A DNA stretch of 64,000 nucleotides from Longimicrobiales bacterium (GTDB lineage: Bacteria; Gemmatimonadota; Gemmatimonadetes; Longimicrobiales; Gaopeijiaceae). The stretch is taken from assembly GCA_965238005.1 (NCBI GenBank), contig OZ250165.1, positions 64,001-128,000 of the forward strand, given 5' to 3'. Shown one piece after another: positions 38,720-47,647 of this stretch. Within the stretch, counting starts at the first letter, position 1. The number at the start of each line of letters is the position of its first letter. Position numbers and translations under genes: made by a program. Below the pieces are notes generated by a model, which was not told where the DNA came from, made no database searches, and saw only the letters and a list, made by a program, of their open reading frames with translations.

Positions 38720-39351
38720 CTAGTCCGGGCTCGAAGCGTGCCGTCGCTGCAGCTCGCGGGCTCCGACGAGCGTCGGACCGTCGATCTCAACTCCCTGACG
38801 GACATCGGCGTGAAGCTCATCGGTCGCCTTGCCGGTATCAACGGCGGCAAGGCACAGTTCTCCGGATCGCTGCGAAATCAGTGCGCGATGTCCGACCTCA
38901 AGATGAACAGGCTACTCGACAGGATCGACGAGTGGGCGACCGAAGAAGCGATCGACGACCAAGTCGGTCCGCCGCACCGCTTCGAGCCCACCAGGGTCGA
39001 GGCATCGCCGCCGCTCGGCATGGACCTCAACTCCGGTGAGATCCAGACCATCCTCTGGGCCACCGGGTTCCGCCCCGACCATGCGTGGCTCGACGTGCCG
39101 GTCTTCGACCGCAAGGGCCGCATCCGGCACGACGGTGGGGTCGTCGAGGCCCCCGGCATGTACTTGATGGGGATCCCGTTCCTCCGGCGTCGCAAGTCGA
39201 GCCTCATTGACGGCGCCGACGACGATGCTCGTGACCTGAGCGCCCACCTGGCGTCCCACCTCGACGAGGGGATCTCCGTGGCACGGCTCTGACGGGCGAG
39301 CCGATCACCACGCCACGCCCCTGACGACAGGGGCTCCTGCGCGGTCTTGTC

Positions 39352-40554
39352 CTACCGAGGAGTGGGGGTCGGGGCAGGCGGCGCCACGAACTCCTTGTCC
39401 AGGGTTCGCAACAAGTCGACCTCGGCGTTCATCTCTCGGCTCAGGACGAGATGGTCCTCTTTGACTTCGTCGAGATCCCACTCGAAGGATGAGATGCGGT
39501 CCGTGACGTCCAAGAGACCCTTCACGAGCTCGTCACGCGTCACTTGGTAGCCAGCCAGGGCGTCGTCACCGCCCGCTACCACGGCCCGAGCCAGGAGCTC
39601 GGCGTCACGAAGGGCATCGGTCATCCCGTGCGCGGTAAGAGGATCCTTGAAATAGCCGGCGTCACCGACCAGAGCCCACCCGGGCCCGGCGGCACGTCGG
39701 AGGAAGCCAGTCTGCCCCGCGAAAGCTCTGAGCTTTCCGGAGCCCTCGCATCCGGCGACTCTGCTCGCCAGCTCCGGCGAGACGTCGCTAAGCACGTCGC
39801 GGTGAAGGTCCTCAATCCCGTTGCGTCGGCCGTTCTCGAAGCGGGTCGGAGGGAGCGAAGCGAAGACACAGGTATTCCCATCATTCGTCGGGATGGCTCC
39901 CACGGCCGCGCCTATATTGTAGAACCAGTGGTATCCGTCCAGCCCCAGATCCCTCCAATAGCCGTAGATGGACGCCGTGGTATGAGTGACCGTGTAGTCG
40001 AGATCGGCTTCCAGCATCCTCGCGACGCGTGATCGAACGCCGTCAGCCCCGATCACGAGATCGGTAGCCACGTCGGTCTCGTGTCTGTCGGCTCCGGCGA
40101 TCTTCGCGCCGCGGACCCGACCATCGGGAGCTCGGAGGAGACCGACCACCGACTGACCGTGGACGACCTCGGCACCGGCAGCCTGCGCGGCGTCGACGAG
40201 CACGCGGTCCACGACGGTCCGCCGCGGAGCATACAGGGCGTCGACACCGTCCCGCGGCTTGATCGAGACTTCGATGGGCTCGGAACCGTAATGGAAAGTG
40301 GTCGTCCGGATTGCAGGTGTCTCGGCCGACCGGATGGCGTCCAGCAGGCCCCAGCGGTGCAGTTGGAGCACTCCGGCCCGCATGAGCGCGTGCGTCGACA
40401 AAGTGTCACTTCCACGCCTGGCAGGGTCGACCACGAGGACTCGCAACCCTTGACGGGCCAGTAGCATCGCGGTGGACGCACCCGCGCAACGCGCGCCGGC
40501 AATGACGACGTCGTAGCGGCTCTGCGTGATCGGCGACTGCACGGTGGAGGACAT
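39352..40554 (-). CDS. FAD-dependent oxidoreductase/monooxygenase
   Basis: IAGARCAG, DTLSTH, IGADG, LVGDAGYFKDPLTAHG. Confidence 0.88.
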   Translation of the reverse strand: MSSTVQSPITQSRYDVVIAGARCAGASTAMLLARQGLRVLVVDPARRGSDTLSTHALMRAGVLQLHRWGLLDAIRSAETPAIRTTTFHYGSEPIEVSIKPRDGVDALYAPRRTVVDRVLVDAAQAAGAEVVHGQSVVGLLRAPDGRVRGAKIAGADRHETDVATDLVIGADGVRSRVARMLEADLDYTVTHTTASIYGYWRDLGLDGYHWFYNIGAAVGAIPTNDGNTCVFASLPPTRFENGRRNGIEDLHRDVLSDVSPELASRVAGCEGSGKLRAFAGQTGFLRRAAGPGWALVGDAGYFKDPLTAHGMTDALRDAELLARAVVAGGDDALAGYQVTRDELVKGLLDVTDRISSFEWDLDEVKEDHLVLSREMNAEVDLLRTLDKEFVAPPAPTPTPR

Positions 40555-40773
40555 GGATCGGAACTTGTGGCTTGGCTACACGGCCATCAAGTGGAATCCC
40601 TGGCGGCGCACTCGCCTCAGCAGAGCCTCGCTCAAAGGCGCCAAGGGTGGTGTGAGGAGTGTCGGGGCTTCGGGGGGACGTCTTCTGGCCGGCGGTCGTC
40701 TCTTCGTGGATCCACGCTCCGGGAACCGTCATTACTCCATTGCCGCACGGTGGAACGTGGGGGACCATCAGAG

Positions 40774-41043
40774 CCGGGGCTCGCCCGCACCGGGCACGTC
40801 ATCACCAGCGCGGCAGCCATCATGATCGCCGTGTTCGGCGGGTTCACGCTGGGGGACTTCGTGCTGATCAAGATGCTCGGCTTCACTCTGGCAGCGGCGG
40901 TCTTCCTGGATGCCGCCATCGTCCGGGTGGCGGTAGGACCCGCGCTACTCGTCCTCATGGGGAGGTGGAACTGGTGGCCTGGCAAGTCGGCCGCGATGGC
41001 GAGGCCGGTTCGCGCGGGGACGGAAGTGGTGGCGGGCGACTGA
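40774..41043 (+). pseudogene. C-terminal fragment of an MMPL/RND transporter
   Basis: GLARTGHVITSAAAIMIAVF..KMLGFTLAAAVFLDA..GRWNWWP; only the last TM segments remain. Confidence 0.85.
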
Positions 41044-41063
41044 TGGATGTGGAACCTTCGGCC

Positions 41064-41153
41064 GTCGTCGGCCAAGTCGACCGTGGCCATGCCGCCTTCG
41101 CCGAGCTCACGCTCGATGGCATAGCGGCCCTCCAGGGCGGCGTTCAGGCGGGA
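41064..41153 (-). pseudogene. Ser/Thr kinase 5' fragment
   Basis: Manual translation SRLNAALEGRYAIERELGEGGMATVDLADD, then unrelated sequence. Confidence 0.8.
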
Positions 41154-41237
41154 GGCAGGGTGGTGGAAATCAGGGGGTGGACGGCGGCGCTGCGGGTCTA
41201 CTCGGCCGAGCGGGTTTGACCGGTCATCAAGATGCCG

Positions 41238-43385
41238 CTACGGCACCCTACAGGTAGGGCCCACCTCTTCGGCAAGCCCCTGACGGGCGAGCAGGCGAAG
41301 GCGGTAATCTCCTGCAGGGACAGACGTCGGCACCCAGCGCGCCTCCCACACATAGGTTTCGCCCCTCGCTGCGACCGCCCGCACCTGCACCTCCGGACTC
41401 GCATCGTCGGCCAGAAGGCCCCACTGACCGGCGCTCTCCCGCTCGATCTCAACGATTGGGCCGTCCGCGGGGATCAGGGTGCCCGGTCTCAGATCCGTCC
41501 ATCGGACCCGTACTTCATCCCCCCCGCAGGCCACGTCGAGTACCTCTCTGCGGAAGCCCACGGGAATCGGCCGGGGCGCCCAAAAGTGAGTGGGGCTTGC
41601 CGCGTGGAACGCCAGGGCGTGGTCCACGCGGACGGTCGGACTCCCGCTTCGAAGGCTTGCGGCCAGTTGACCCAACTCCTCTGCGAGCATTTCCGCCGTA
41701 TTGGGCCCGTACAAGGTCGAGCCCCCCTCGTAATATTGCGCTTCGTATTCTTGCGCGCTGGCGACGTAGCTCCCGTAGCCGTTCGCCAGACCGACCGCGA
41801 GGGCACGATCGACGCCGGCCGGCCCGCTCCCAAGGATCCTTTCCCGGATGAGCGCGCCGACCTCGGTGGTCGGCTCGACCGGCACCGATCCGATCAAAAC
41901 GTCACCGACCCTGTACACGCCGAGATGAAAAACTTGAGGCAGCGTGTATTCCTTGATCAAGACACCGAGCTGGACCTTTTTATGCCCGAAGCAGCCCTCG
42001 GGCGTAGCTCGTGCGGCCGATCCGCCCTCTACGAAGTTCAGACTGAAGAAGAACACACGCTGCTTCCACGTACGGATATAGCCCTTCTCCGCGCCACCCA
42101 CCCCCGATGCACCGATGCGGGGGGGCCAACAGATCTGATGCGGTCCCGTGTAGGTACGGAGGTTCACGGTAGTGAACGCGCGACCGATGGACAGCTCCGA
42201 CGAGAGACCGGCGGCGGCGCGGTCGAAGATCCCCGCTGCTCGACCTCCGAGGGCCCAGGCCAGCGAGTCCACCTCGAGCCGGGTCTCGTCGAGGCACGAC
42301 TCGACCTCGGCCAGCGGTGCCCGCCACGCTTCAGGAGCCGGAAGCGTTCTCGGACCGGAGGGCCGGCGCTCGGGAAGGAAGCGGTAATACCTGCACGGAA
42401 CCGGGTCCCGTAGATTCGCGCCCACGTCGCCGTGGGCACCCTGGGCGATGAGGAAATAGGCGGACCCTCCGGCGGCCGAGCCTGCCGCACCGCTCCGGGC
42501 CCTGCGGATATGATCCTCGACCGCCCGGGCGATCACGCCGTGGATGTCGGCGTCGAAGAGATTGTTGGACGCCGGGATGTTGCTGCTGTGGATGGCGAAC
42601 ACGCCGTAGGCGCCCCGAGGCGCACAGTTCTCCCACTGCAGGTCCCAGCGATCTACGCGGAAAAGCGCGAAGGTGGAATCGACCGCTTGCTGATCCAAGG
42701 GGCGTGCCACACCGGGATTGACCGTCACCCGCGGAGACGTGTTCCGCTCGTACGCCTCGTAGCTCCGGTTGTACGTGAAGTCCCAGACCGGCTCGAAGCG
42801 CCAACCCGCTTCGGCGGGTTGCAGATCCGAAGCAGCATCCTCTATCGCACCGGCGATCCCGTCGATCAAGAAATCCGTGACCACAGGGTCGAAGCCGGCA
42901 AAGCGTCCCGCGTTGGCGTTGTATCCGTCGGCGGCGAAGAAATTCCCCGGACCCGAGTGGGTGTGGGTCGCGGTAAGGAGCAAGCGGTCGGCCCCGATCC
43001 CAGCCCCGGACCGGAGGATTCGATCGGCTACTCTGCGATGAAGGACGAGCGAGACCATTCCGAGATCGACGACCACCAGCGCCAAGCGCTCCCCCGAGTC
43101 ATCCTCCAAGACGATGGCCCGCGCGTACAGCCGTTGCCGAAAGCCCACCGCCTGCCGGCTGTCGGCAGAGAAGGCACTCATGCCCACGCCCGGCGGTGGG
43201 GTGATGTCTTGGGTAGCGAATCCGGCGCGGAGGCCGCCCGGCACAGGCCCGGCCGGCGGACCGGTGGGCGACGGAGACACCGGCCGTGGCAACGCCGTCT
43301 CCTCGATGGACGCACACCCGCCGAGCCCCAGCGCCGCCATGACCACCAGACCCCTGATCGTCTTCCCCCTTACAAATCTCGACAT
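41238..43385 (-). CDS. Neutral/alkaline ceramidase-like lipoprotein
   Basis: Lipobox LGGC, DITPP, RLYARA, ATHTHSGP, QGAHGDV, GLANGY..Y, YEG.STLYG. Confidence 0.8.
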   Translation of the reverse strand: MSRFVRGKTIRGLVVMAALGLGGCASIEETALPRPVSPSPTGPPAGPVPGGLRAGFATQDITPPPGVGMSAFSADSRQAVGFRQRLYARAIVLEDDSGERLALVVVDLGMVSLVLHRRVADRILRSGAGIGADRLLLTATHTHSGPGNFFAADGYNANAGRFAGFDPVVTDFLIDGIAGAIEDAASDLQPAEAGWRFEPVWDFTYNRSYEAYERNTSPRVTVNPGVARPLDQQAVDSTFALFRVDRWDLQWENCAPRGAYGVFAIHSSNIPASNNLFDADIHGVIARAVEDHIRRARSGAAGSAAGGSAYFLIAQGAHGDVGANLRDPVPCRYYRFLPERRPSGPRTLPAPEAWRAPLAEVESCLDETRLEVDSLAWALGGRAAGIFDRAAAGLSSELSIGRAFTTVNLRTYTGPHQICWPPRIGASGVGGAEKGYIRTWKQRVFFFSLNFVEGGSAARATPEGCFGHKKVQLGVLIKEYTLPQVFHLGVYRVGDVLIGSVPVEPTTEVGALIRERILGSGPAGVDRALAVGLANGYGSYVASAQEYEAQYYEGGSTLYGPNTAEMLAEELGQLAASLRSGSPTVRVDHALAFHAASPTHFWAPRPIPVGFRREVLDVACGGDEVRVRWTDLRPGTLIPADGPIVEIERESAGQWGLLADDASPEVQVRAVAARGETYVWEARWVPTSVPAGDYRLRLLARQGLAEEVGPTCRVP

Positions 43386-44242
43386 AGCTCCCTCTCCGGA
43401 CGGCAACGAGGAAGGGTGAAGCGCAGCCCCAGGCCCCACCACCACCGAGTCCGGTCGACGGGCCCGCCGACACGCACTCCAGATCGTCTCGTTTCCGGGT
43501 CCAGGCCCCGGACCCAGTGGGAATCGAGCGTAAGCGAAGCCATGAGTGGACCCACCGGAACCGGCAGAAGCGTCGTGCGAAGCGAGACGTCGACGTGCGT
43601 GAAGCCCCGGTCTTCGAAGACGTAGTCGGAAGGACCGGTGTCACCGACACGGCGTTCCTGCCCCAGGGCGATCCCACTCCGGCCCTCGAGAAAAATCGAT
43701 CCGATGGGCACGACCAGTCCCGCCCAAACCGGGATCTGCAGCGTGGCGGCGACTTCCCCATAGGCTCCGCCGACCCGGTCGAGGTACCAGTAGACGGTCG
43801 CTTCGCCGATCAAGGGAGCCCCTGGCATGGCACCTCTCGCACCGGCATACGCCTCCCAGGTATCCCCTCTCCTGAGGACGGTCCCAGGCTCTGGACTTCG
43901 GAAGGAGTATCCGGTTAGCCCCACTACCAACTGGCCTCGGTCCCCACCGAGAGAGGCCCCGATCCATGGGTTCGTCTCGAAGGCCCAGCGCTCCGGAAGG
44001 CCGGCCGGCCCCTCGGACGACAGATCCGTGAGTGACCAAATACCCACGGTCAGCATCAGGTCACGCCATACAAGGGACCCGTATACGGAATGCTGGGCGT
44101 TGAGGCCCGGATCCAACTGCAGCCCCCTCCATTCGTAGCGGCTCGCCAGCTCGAGGTCCGCCTCGAGCGCCCACTGTTGTGAGAACACTGCGGTCGGTGA
44201 AATGACGAAGGAGAGAACTGTAGCGGTCCACAGGACCTTCAA
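43370..44242 (-). CDS. Putative outer-membrane beta-barrel protein
   Basis: TTG 44242 overlaps the upstream stop; signal peptide ending AVFS/QQ; ASRYEWRG; alternating aromatic beta strands. Confidence 0.6.
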   Translation of the reverse strand: MKVLWTATVLSFVISPTAVFSQQWALEADLELASRYEWRGLQLDPGLNAQHSVYGSLVWRDLMLTVGIWSLTDLSSEGPAGLPERWAFETNPWIGASLGGDRGQLVVGLTGYSFRSPEPGTVLRRGDTWEAYAGARGAMPGAPLIGEATVYWYLDRVGGAYGEVAATLQIPVWAGLVVPIGSIFLEGRSGIALGQERRVGDTGPSDYVFEDRGFTHVDVSLRTTLLPVPVGPLMASLTLDSHWVRGLDPETRRSGVRVGGPVDRTRWWWGLGLRFTLPRCRPERELCRDL

Positions 44243-44710
44243 TGGAAGGGTCCGCCCAGAACGAGTCGGAAGGTCGAAGCGCGGCTTCCGACGCGATAGC
44301 TCATGCCGATCCGGGGTATCGCGAGCCCGACGACCTTCCAGGGAGTCATCGTTCCGAACGTGACGCCGAACTCCCATTGCACGTCGACCGAGAGCGGCTT
44401 GCCGTAGAAGCGAATGAGCTCCGGACTCACGAAGTACAGGTAGTTCATGACGAACAGCCCGCCGTCCACCTGGTGGCCTCCGACGGAGAAGCCGAGCGAG
44501 TGCCTTGCATCCAAGCCTGACTCGAGGCCTCTGAAGTCGTCGCCGAACTCGAAATCGGACGTCGTGTATCCCGTGTAGAACAAACGATTGCCCAGGTACA
44601 GATCGACGCTTCGCCAGTCGAAGGTCGCGAGGCTGCGAACGCCTCCGGCGAAGATGTAGTTGACTCGATCGGCCGAGAAATCGCGACCGACACCCGCAGC
44701 GGCGAAGGAC
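44239..44710 (-). pseudogene. 5'-truncated outer-membrane beta-barrel gene
   Basis: Amphipathic beta strands ending IGMSYRVG..FRLVLGGPFH*; no signal peptide; abuts the methyltransferase fragment. Confidence 0.5.
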
Positions 44711-45406
44711 TGCGAAAGCACGTAAATGAGCGCTGCCAAAATGGTACAAATGGTCCGCGAACAGAATATCGTAGCTCGGAACGTCTTGGGTGGGTTGAGA
44801 AAGTATCAGCCAACCCTCTGGCCGGAGCAGGTCACGGCATTTCCGAAAGCATTGAAGTGGGGATAGCAGGTGCTCGATCACGGCGATGGAATAGACCACA
44901 TCGTACGGTTGGTCCTCCCAGTCCTCAAACGCGGCATTGTGAACCCGGAGTCCTCGGCTTTTCGCGCTTTCGCTCGCCTGCGTTCCCAATTCGATGCCTT
45001 CAAATTCAGCATCGGGCAGGCGCTTCTGCAGGGCTTCCAGGAGGTAGCCGCCGCCCGCGCCTATTTCCAGACATCTTCGCGCGGTAGCGAAGCGCTGGGC
45101 GGTAAACACTTCGATGATCCACTCGGCAAAGACTTCGCTTCTCGTCACGGTCCCGTTGGAAACATAGAACAGGTGATCATGAAGCCCGCTCGAGTACGAT
45201 TCCTCGTAGTAAGAATCAAGATCCATGCGGAGACGCTCGGCGCTGCGCACGAGTCCGCAGACCGTGCACTCGATCTTGACGAGAGGCTGCTCGATTACCC
45301 TGCGATCCGAAAGCATCGATCTATCCAGATCGGATCGGAAGACAGTGTTCGAATCTTGATTGCCGCAGAGATCGCAGCGAGCAAGGCTTTCAAGAGCTGA
45401 GCGCAT
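44711..45406 (-). pseudogene. Class I SAM-dependent methyltransferase (Zn-finger type), 3'-truncated
   Basis: CDLCG, CTVCGLV, CLEIGAGGG, YDVVYSIAVIEH, LLRPEG, DHLYHF; similarity stops near 44711; lower GC. Confidence 0.75.
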
Positions 45407-45584
45407 TGTGCTGTTGGTTCCGAGAACTCACTGGGGATCCATGATCCGACCGTGTGGCGACCCACATCGAGCCGCTCTTCGGCGCGGTAGAGATGGGTCG
45501 CTGTGCAGTCGTCAACGGGCCTGTCTAGTGGAGCGCCATGGCTTACCCCCTGCCCTTCTCGCGGTTGCCGGCCTCAGGCATCAC

Positions 45585-45839
45585 TCAGGCCGGATCCCAC
45601 TCGATGTTGTAACGCTCGTAGGCATCGCGCACTACTAGCCTTGCCTGCTCGTCGCATAGACGATCTGAGCGATCCTCGTATAAGACGCGGTACTCGAGGT
45701 CCCAGTTAGGTCCGGACGGCCCCTTCTCCATACGCCACAAATCACCCACGATCTCGGCGCCTTCGCATTCTGGCGACTGGCGAAGCCCTTCGTTCAGGAT
45801 CTCAAGCAAGTGCTGCTCTGTGACTACTTCACGCTCCAT
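45585..45839 (-). CDS. Small hypothetical protein (84 aa)
   Basis: GGGAGA RBS then ATG 45839; MEREVVTEQHLLEILN...CEG..PNW..C..YNIEW. Confidence 0.6.
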   Translation of the reverse strand: MEREVVTEQHLLEILNEGLRQSPECEGAEIVGDLWRMEKGPSGPNWDLEYRVLYEDRSDRLCDEQARLVVRDAYERYNIEWDPA

Positions 45840-45944
45840 GGCGTTTCTCCCGTGCTTCGGGCGGTTGCCGGCTTCAGCCACCTGCTTCGTTCACTCTCTT
45901 CGCCTGATCGAGCAGCGCCTCGAGCTCCTCGTCGGTGAAGCTAC

Positions 45945-46311
45945 TTAGGTCGGCCTGGCGGTCCAGCTGCGCGGTGCCCAACCTCGCTCCGTGTGCGTCG
46001 TAGTGAGAAATGAATAGAAGGCTGCCCGGACGGCCACGAGCCGCTGGAAGAGACCCTCGATTGCTTCCAGGCGACGGTCATGGAATCGGGCGAACCGAGT
46101 CTCACGCTCGTGGGCTTCCACTCGGAGGTCCGCCCTCAACCGTTCCATCTCCGTCGAGTAGCTGCTCCGGACTGCCTCGATCTCCCGCGTGATTTCCGCA
46201 ATGTCTTCCTTCGTCGCCAGGTTTTTCCCCTTTTCGCGCAGGTATCCGGGGAGGAACTCCCGGACGACCAGGCCGGCGAGAAAGGCCGGCGGCTACTGTT
46301 AGCCAACTCAC
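45945..46311 (-). pseudogene. Frameshifted hypothetical TM + coiled-coil gene
   Basis: GGAGG RBS then GTG 46311 MSWLTVAA; frameshift near 46288; then AFLAGLVVREFLPGYLREKGKNLATKEDIAEITREIEAVR... Confidence 0.6.
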
Positions 46312-46620
46312 GACCAGTTACCCCTCCAACTCCTCTGCCAAACTCACGAGCTCCGGCGGCTCGGGAGCGGGCCAGATGCGGTACGCGAAGTACGTCCTGG
46401 TTCGGGCGGTTACCGGCTTCACCCATTGCCCTCTCAACTCCCCCTCACGGCCAGACGGATATCGCTCCATAAGATGCGCTCAAGCTATTGGTGACGCTGA
46501 GGTTGGGCGATGGCTGGTTGGGACTGATGCGAAGGCCGACTAGTTCTCCAGTTTGCCGACGATCACCACGCCTTCCACGAAGATGCGAAGCCAGGGCGTG
46601 TGGGGTTGCAAGCGTCTCTG

Positions 46621-47511
46621 TCAGCCGTCGAGTTGACGGTACCACTTCGCGATTCCCTCACCGATTTCATGAGGATGGTCCTCCTGCAAATAATGGATTC
46701 CATCCCCCAGGTCGACCGAGGTCAGGTTTGACAGGACCGACCTGCACATCTCCACGGCGGTGGGTGGCATGATCGCACCGGGTGTCGCGTGAAAAAGGAT
46801 CTTGGGTAGGATCGACTGCTGTAGCCAGGTGAAGTTGGCGGCGACGGCTTCAGCGGTGTCCGGCGGCTCGCCCGCGATCGGGAGCTCGTTCGGCCAGCGC
46901 CAGACGGGCTTTCTGTCGGCGGGATCGAGAAACGGCTCCCGATAGACGTTCATCTCTTCTTCGGACAGGTCCCGCACGATGGCTCCGGGTAGGATGCCCT
47001 CCACGAACATGTTCTGATTCACGAGCATATCCCATCCGACCTCAGGCAAGCGAAATCCGCGGAAGACTTCCGCGAAGTCGGCCGGAAACTCTTCCCAGCT
47101 CGGAACCGCAGAGAGCACCGGCTCCATCATCGCGATGGCCTTGATGTTGGATGGATTCTGTCTGGCGTAGAAAAGGCCGAGTCCGGCACCCCAGTCGTGA
47201 ATCACCAGCGTGATGTTCTCCAGGCCCAGCGCCTCGATGAACCCGGACAGATATCGCGCGTGGTCGAAGAACCGGTAGTCTATGTCGGGCTTGTCGGACT
47301 TGCCGAATCCTATGAGATCGGGCGCGATGCAGCGCCCGAGGTCGCTCACATGCGGGATGACATTCCGCCATAGGTATGACGACGTGGGCTGCCCGTGAAG
47401 AAACAGAATTGGATCGCCGGAACCCTCCTCGACATAGTGCATCCTCGACCCGAGGACGTCGACATATTTGGACTCGAACGGAAACGCGGCGGAGATCTCG
47501 GGGGTGGTCAT
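46621..47511 (-). CDS. dhaA: Haloalkane dehalogenase (DhaA/LinB type)
   Basis: FLHGQPTSSYLWRN, APDLIGFG, IHDWG (nucleophile), WRWPNELPIAGEP, HYLQED; AAGGAG RBS then ATG 47511. Confidence 0.9.
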   Translation of the reverse strand: MTTPEISAAFPFESKYVDVLGSRMHYVEEGSGDPILFLHGQPTSSYLWRNVIPHVSDLGRCIAPDLIGFGKSDKPDIDYRFFDHARYLSGFIEALGLENITLVIHDWGAGLGLFYARQNPSNIKAIAMMEPVLSAVPSWEEFPADFAEVFRGFRLPEVGWDMLVNQNMFVEGILPGAIVRDLSEEEMNVYREPFLDPADRKPVWRWPNELPIAGEPPDTAEAVAANFTWLQQSILPKILFHATPGAIMPPTAVEMCRSVLSNLTSVDLGDGIHYLQEDHPHEIGEGIAKWYRQLDG

Positions 47512-47591
47512 CGGCAATACTCCTTCGTGCCATTCTGGTGGGCTGATCCTTACGGCCAACCCGTTGTGAGCTCCTGACAGAAAACGGCGCT

Positions 47592-47636
47592 ATCAGACCG
47601 AGGTCAACATCCGAGAGCGGTGCGGTAGGCGCAAGC
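47592..47636 (-). repeat. Dispersed repeat, copy 3 (45 bp, promoter-like)
   Basis: 41/45 identical to the matching part of 21672-21725. Confidence 0.85.
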
Positions 47637-47647
47637 GACCCTACGGA

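Larger units (their letters stand above)
36436..39292 (+). pseudogene. Flavin-dependent oxidoreductase (FMO-like) interrupted by an IS
   Basis: IGAGHAG, RWDSLRLLTPNW, VVGASATG, WATGF. Removing 37118-38723 restores the frame (EDNL|VRARSVPSLQL). Confidence 0.9.
45556..46426 (-). repeat. Three copies of a 26-bp motif (45556-45581, 45856-45881, 46401-46426)
   Basis: Minus strand: atgcctgaggccggcaaccgcgagaa / gtggctgaagccggcaaccgcccgaa / atgggtgaagccggtaaccgcccgaa. Confidence 0.75.

Noticed and set aside
43370..45406. 678-aa methyltransferase-barrel fusion protein
   Set aside because: The middle third is an Arg-rich off-frame read of another gene, so this is a chance open frame across a deletion junction.
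45556..46426. Integron attC array or CRISPR array
   Set aside because: The motif lacks paired RYYYAAC/GTTRRRY boxes, spacing is hundreds of nt and irregular, and no intI or cas gene is present.
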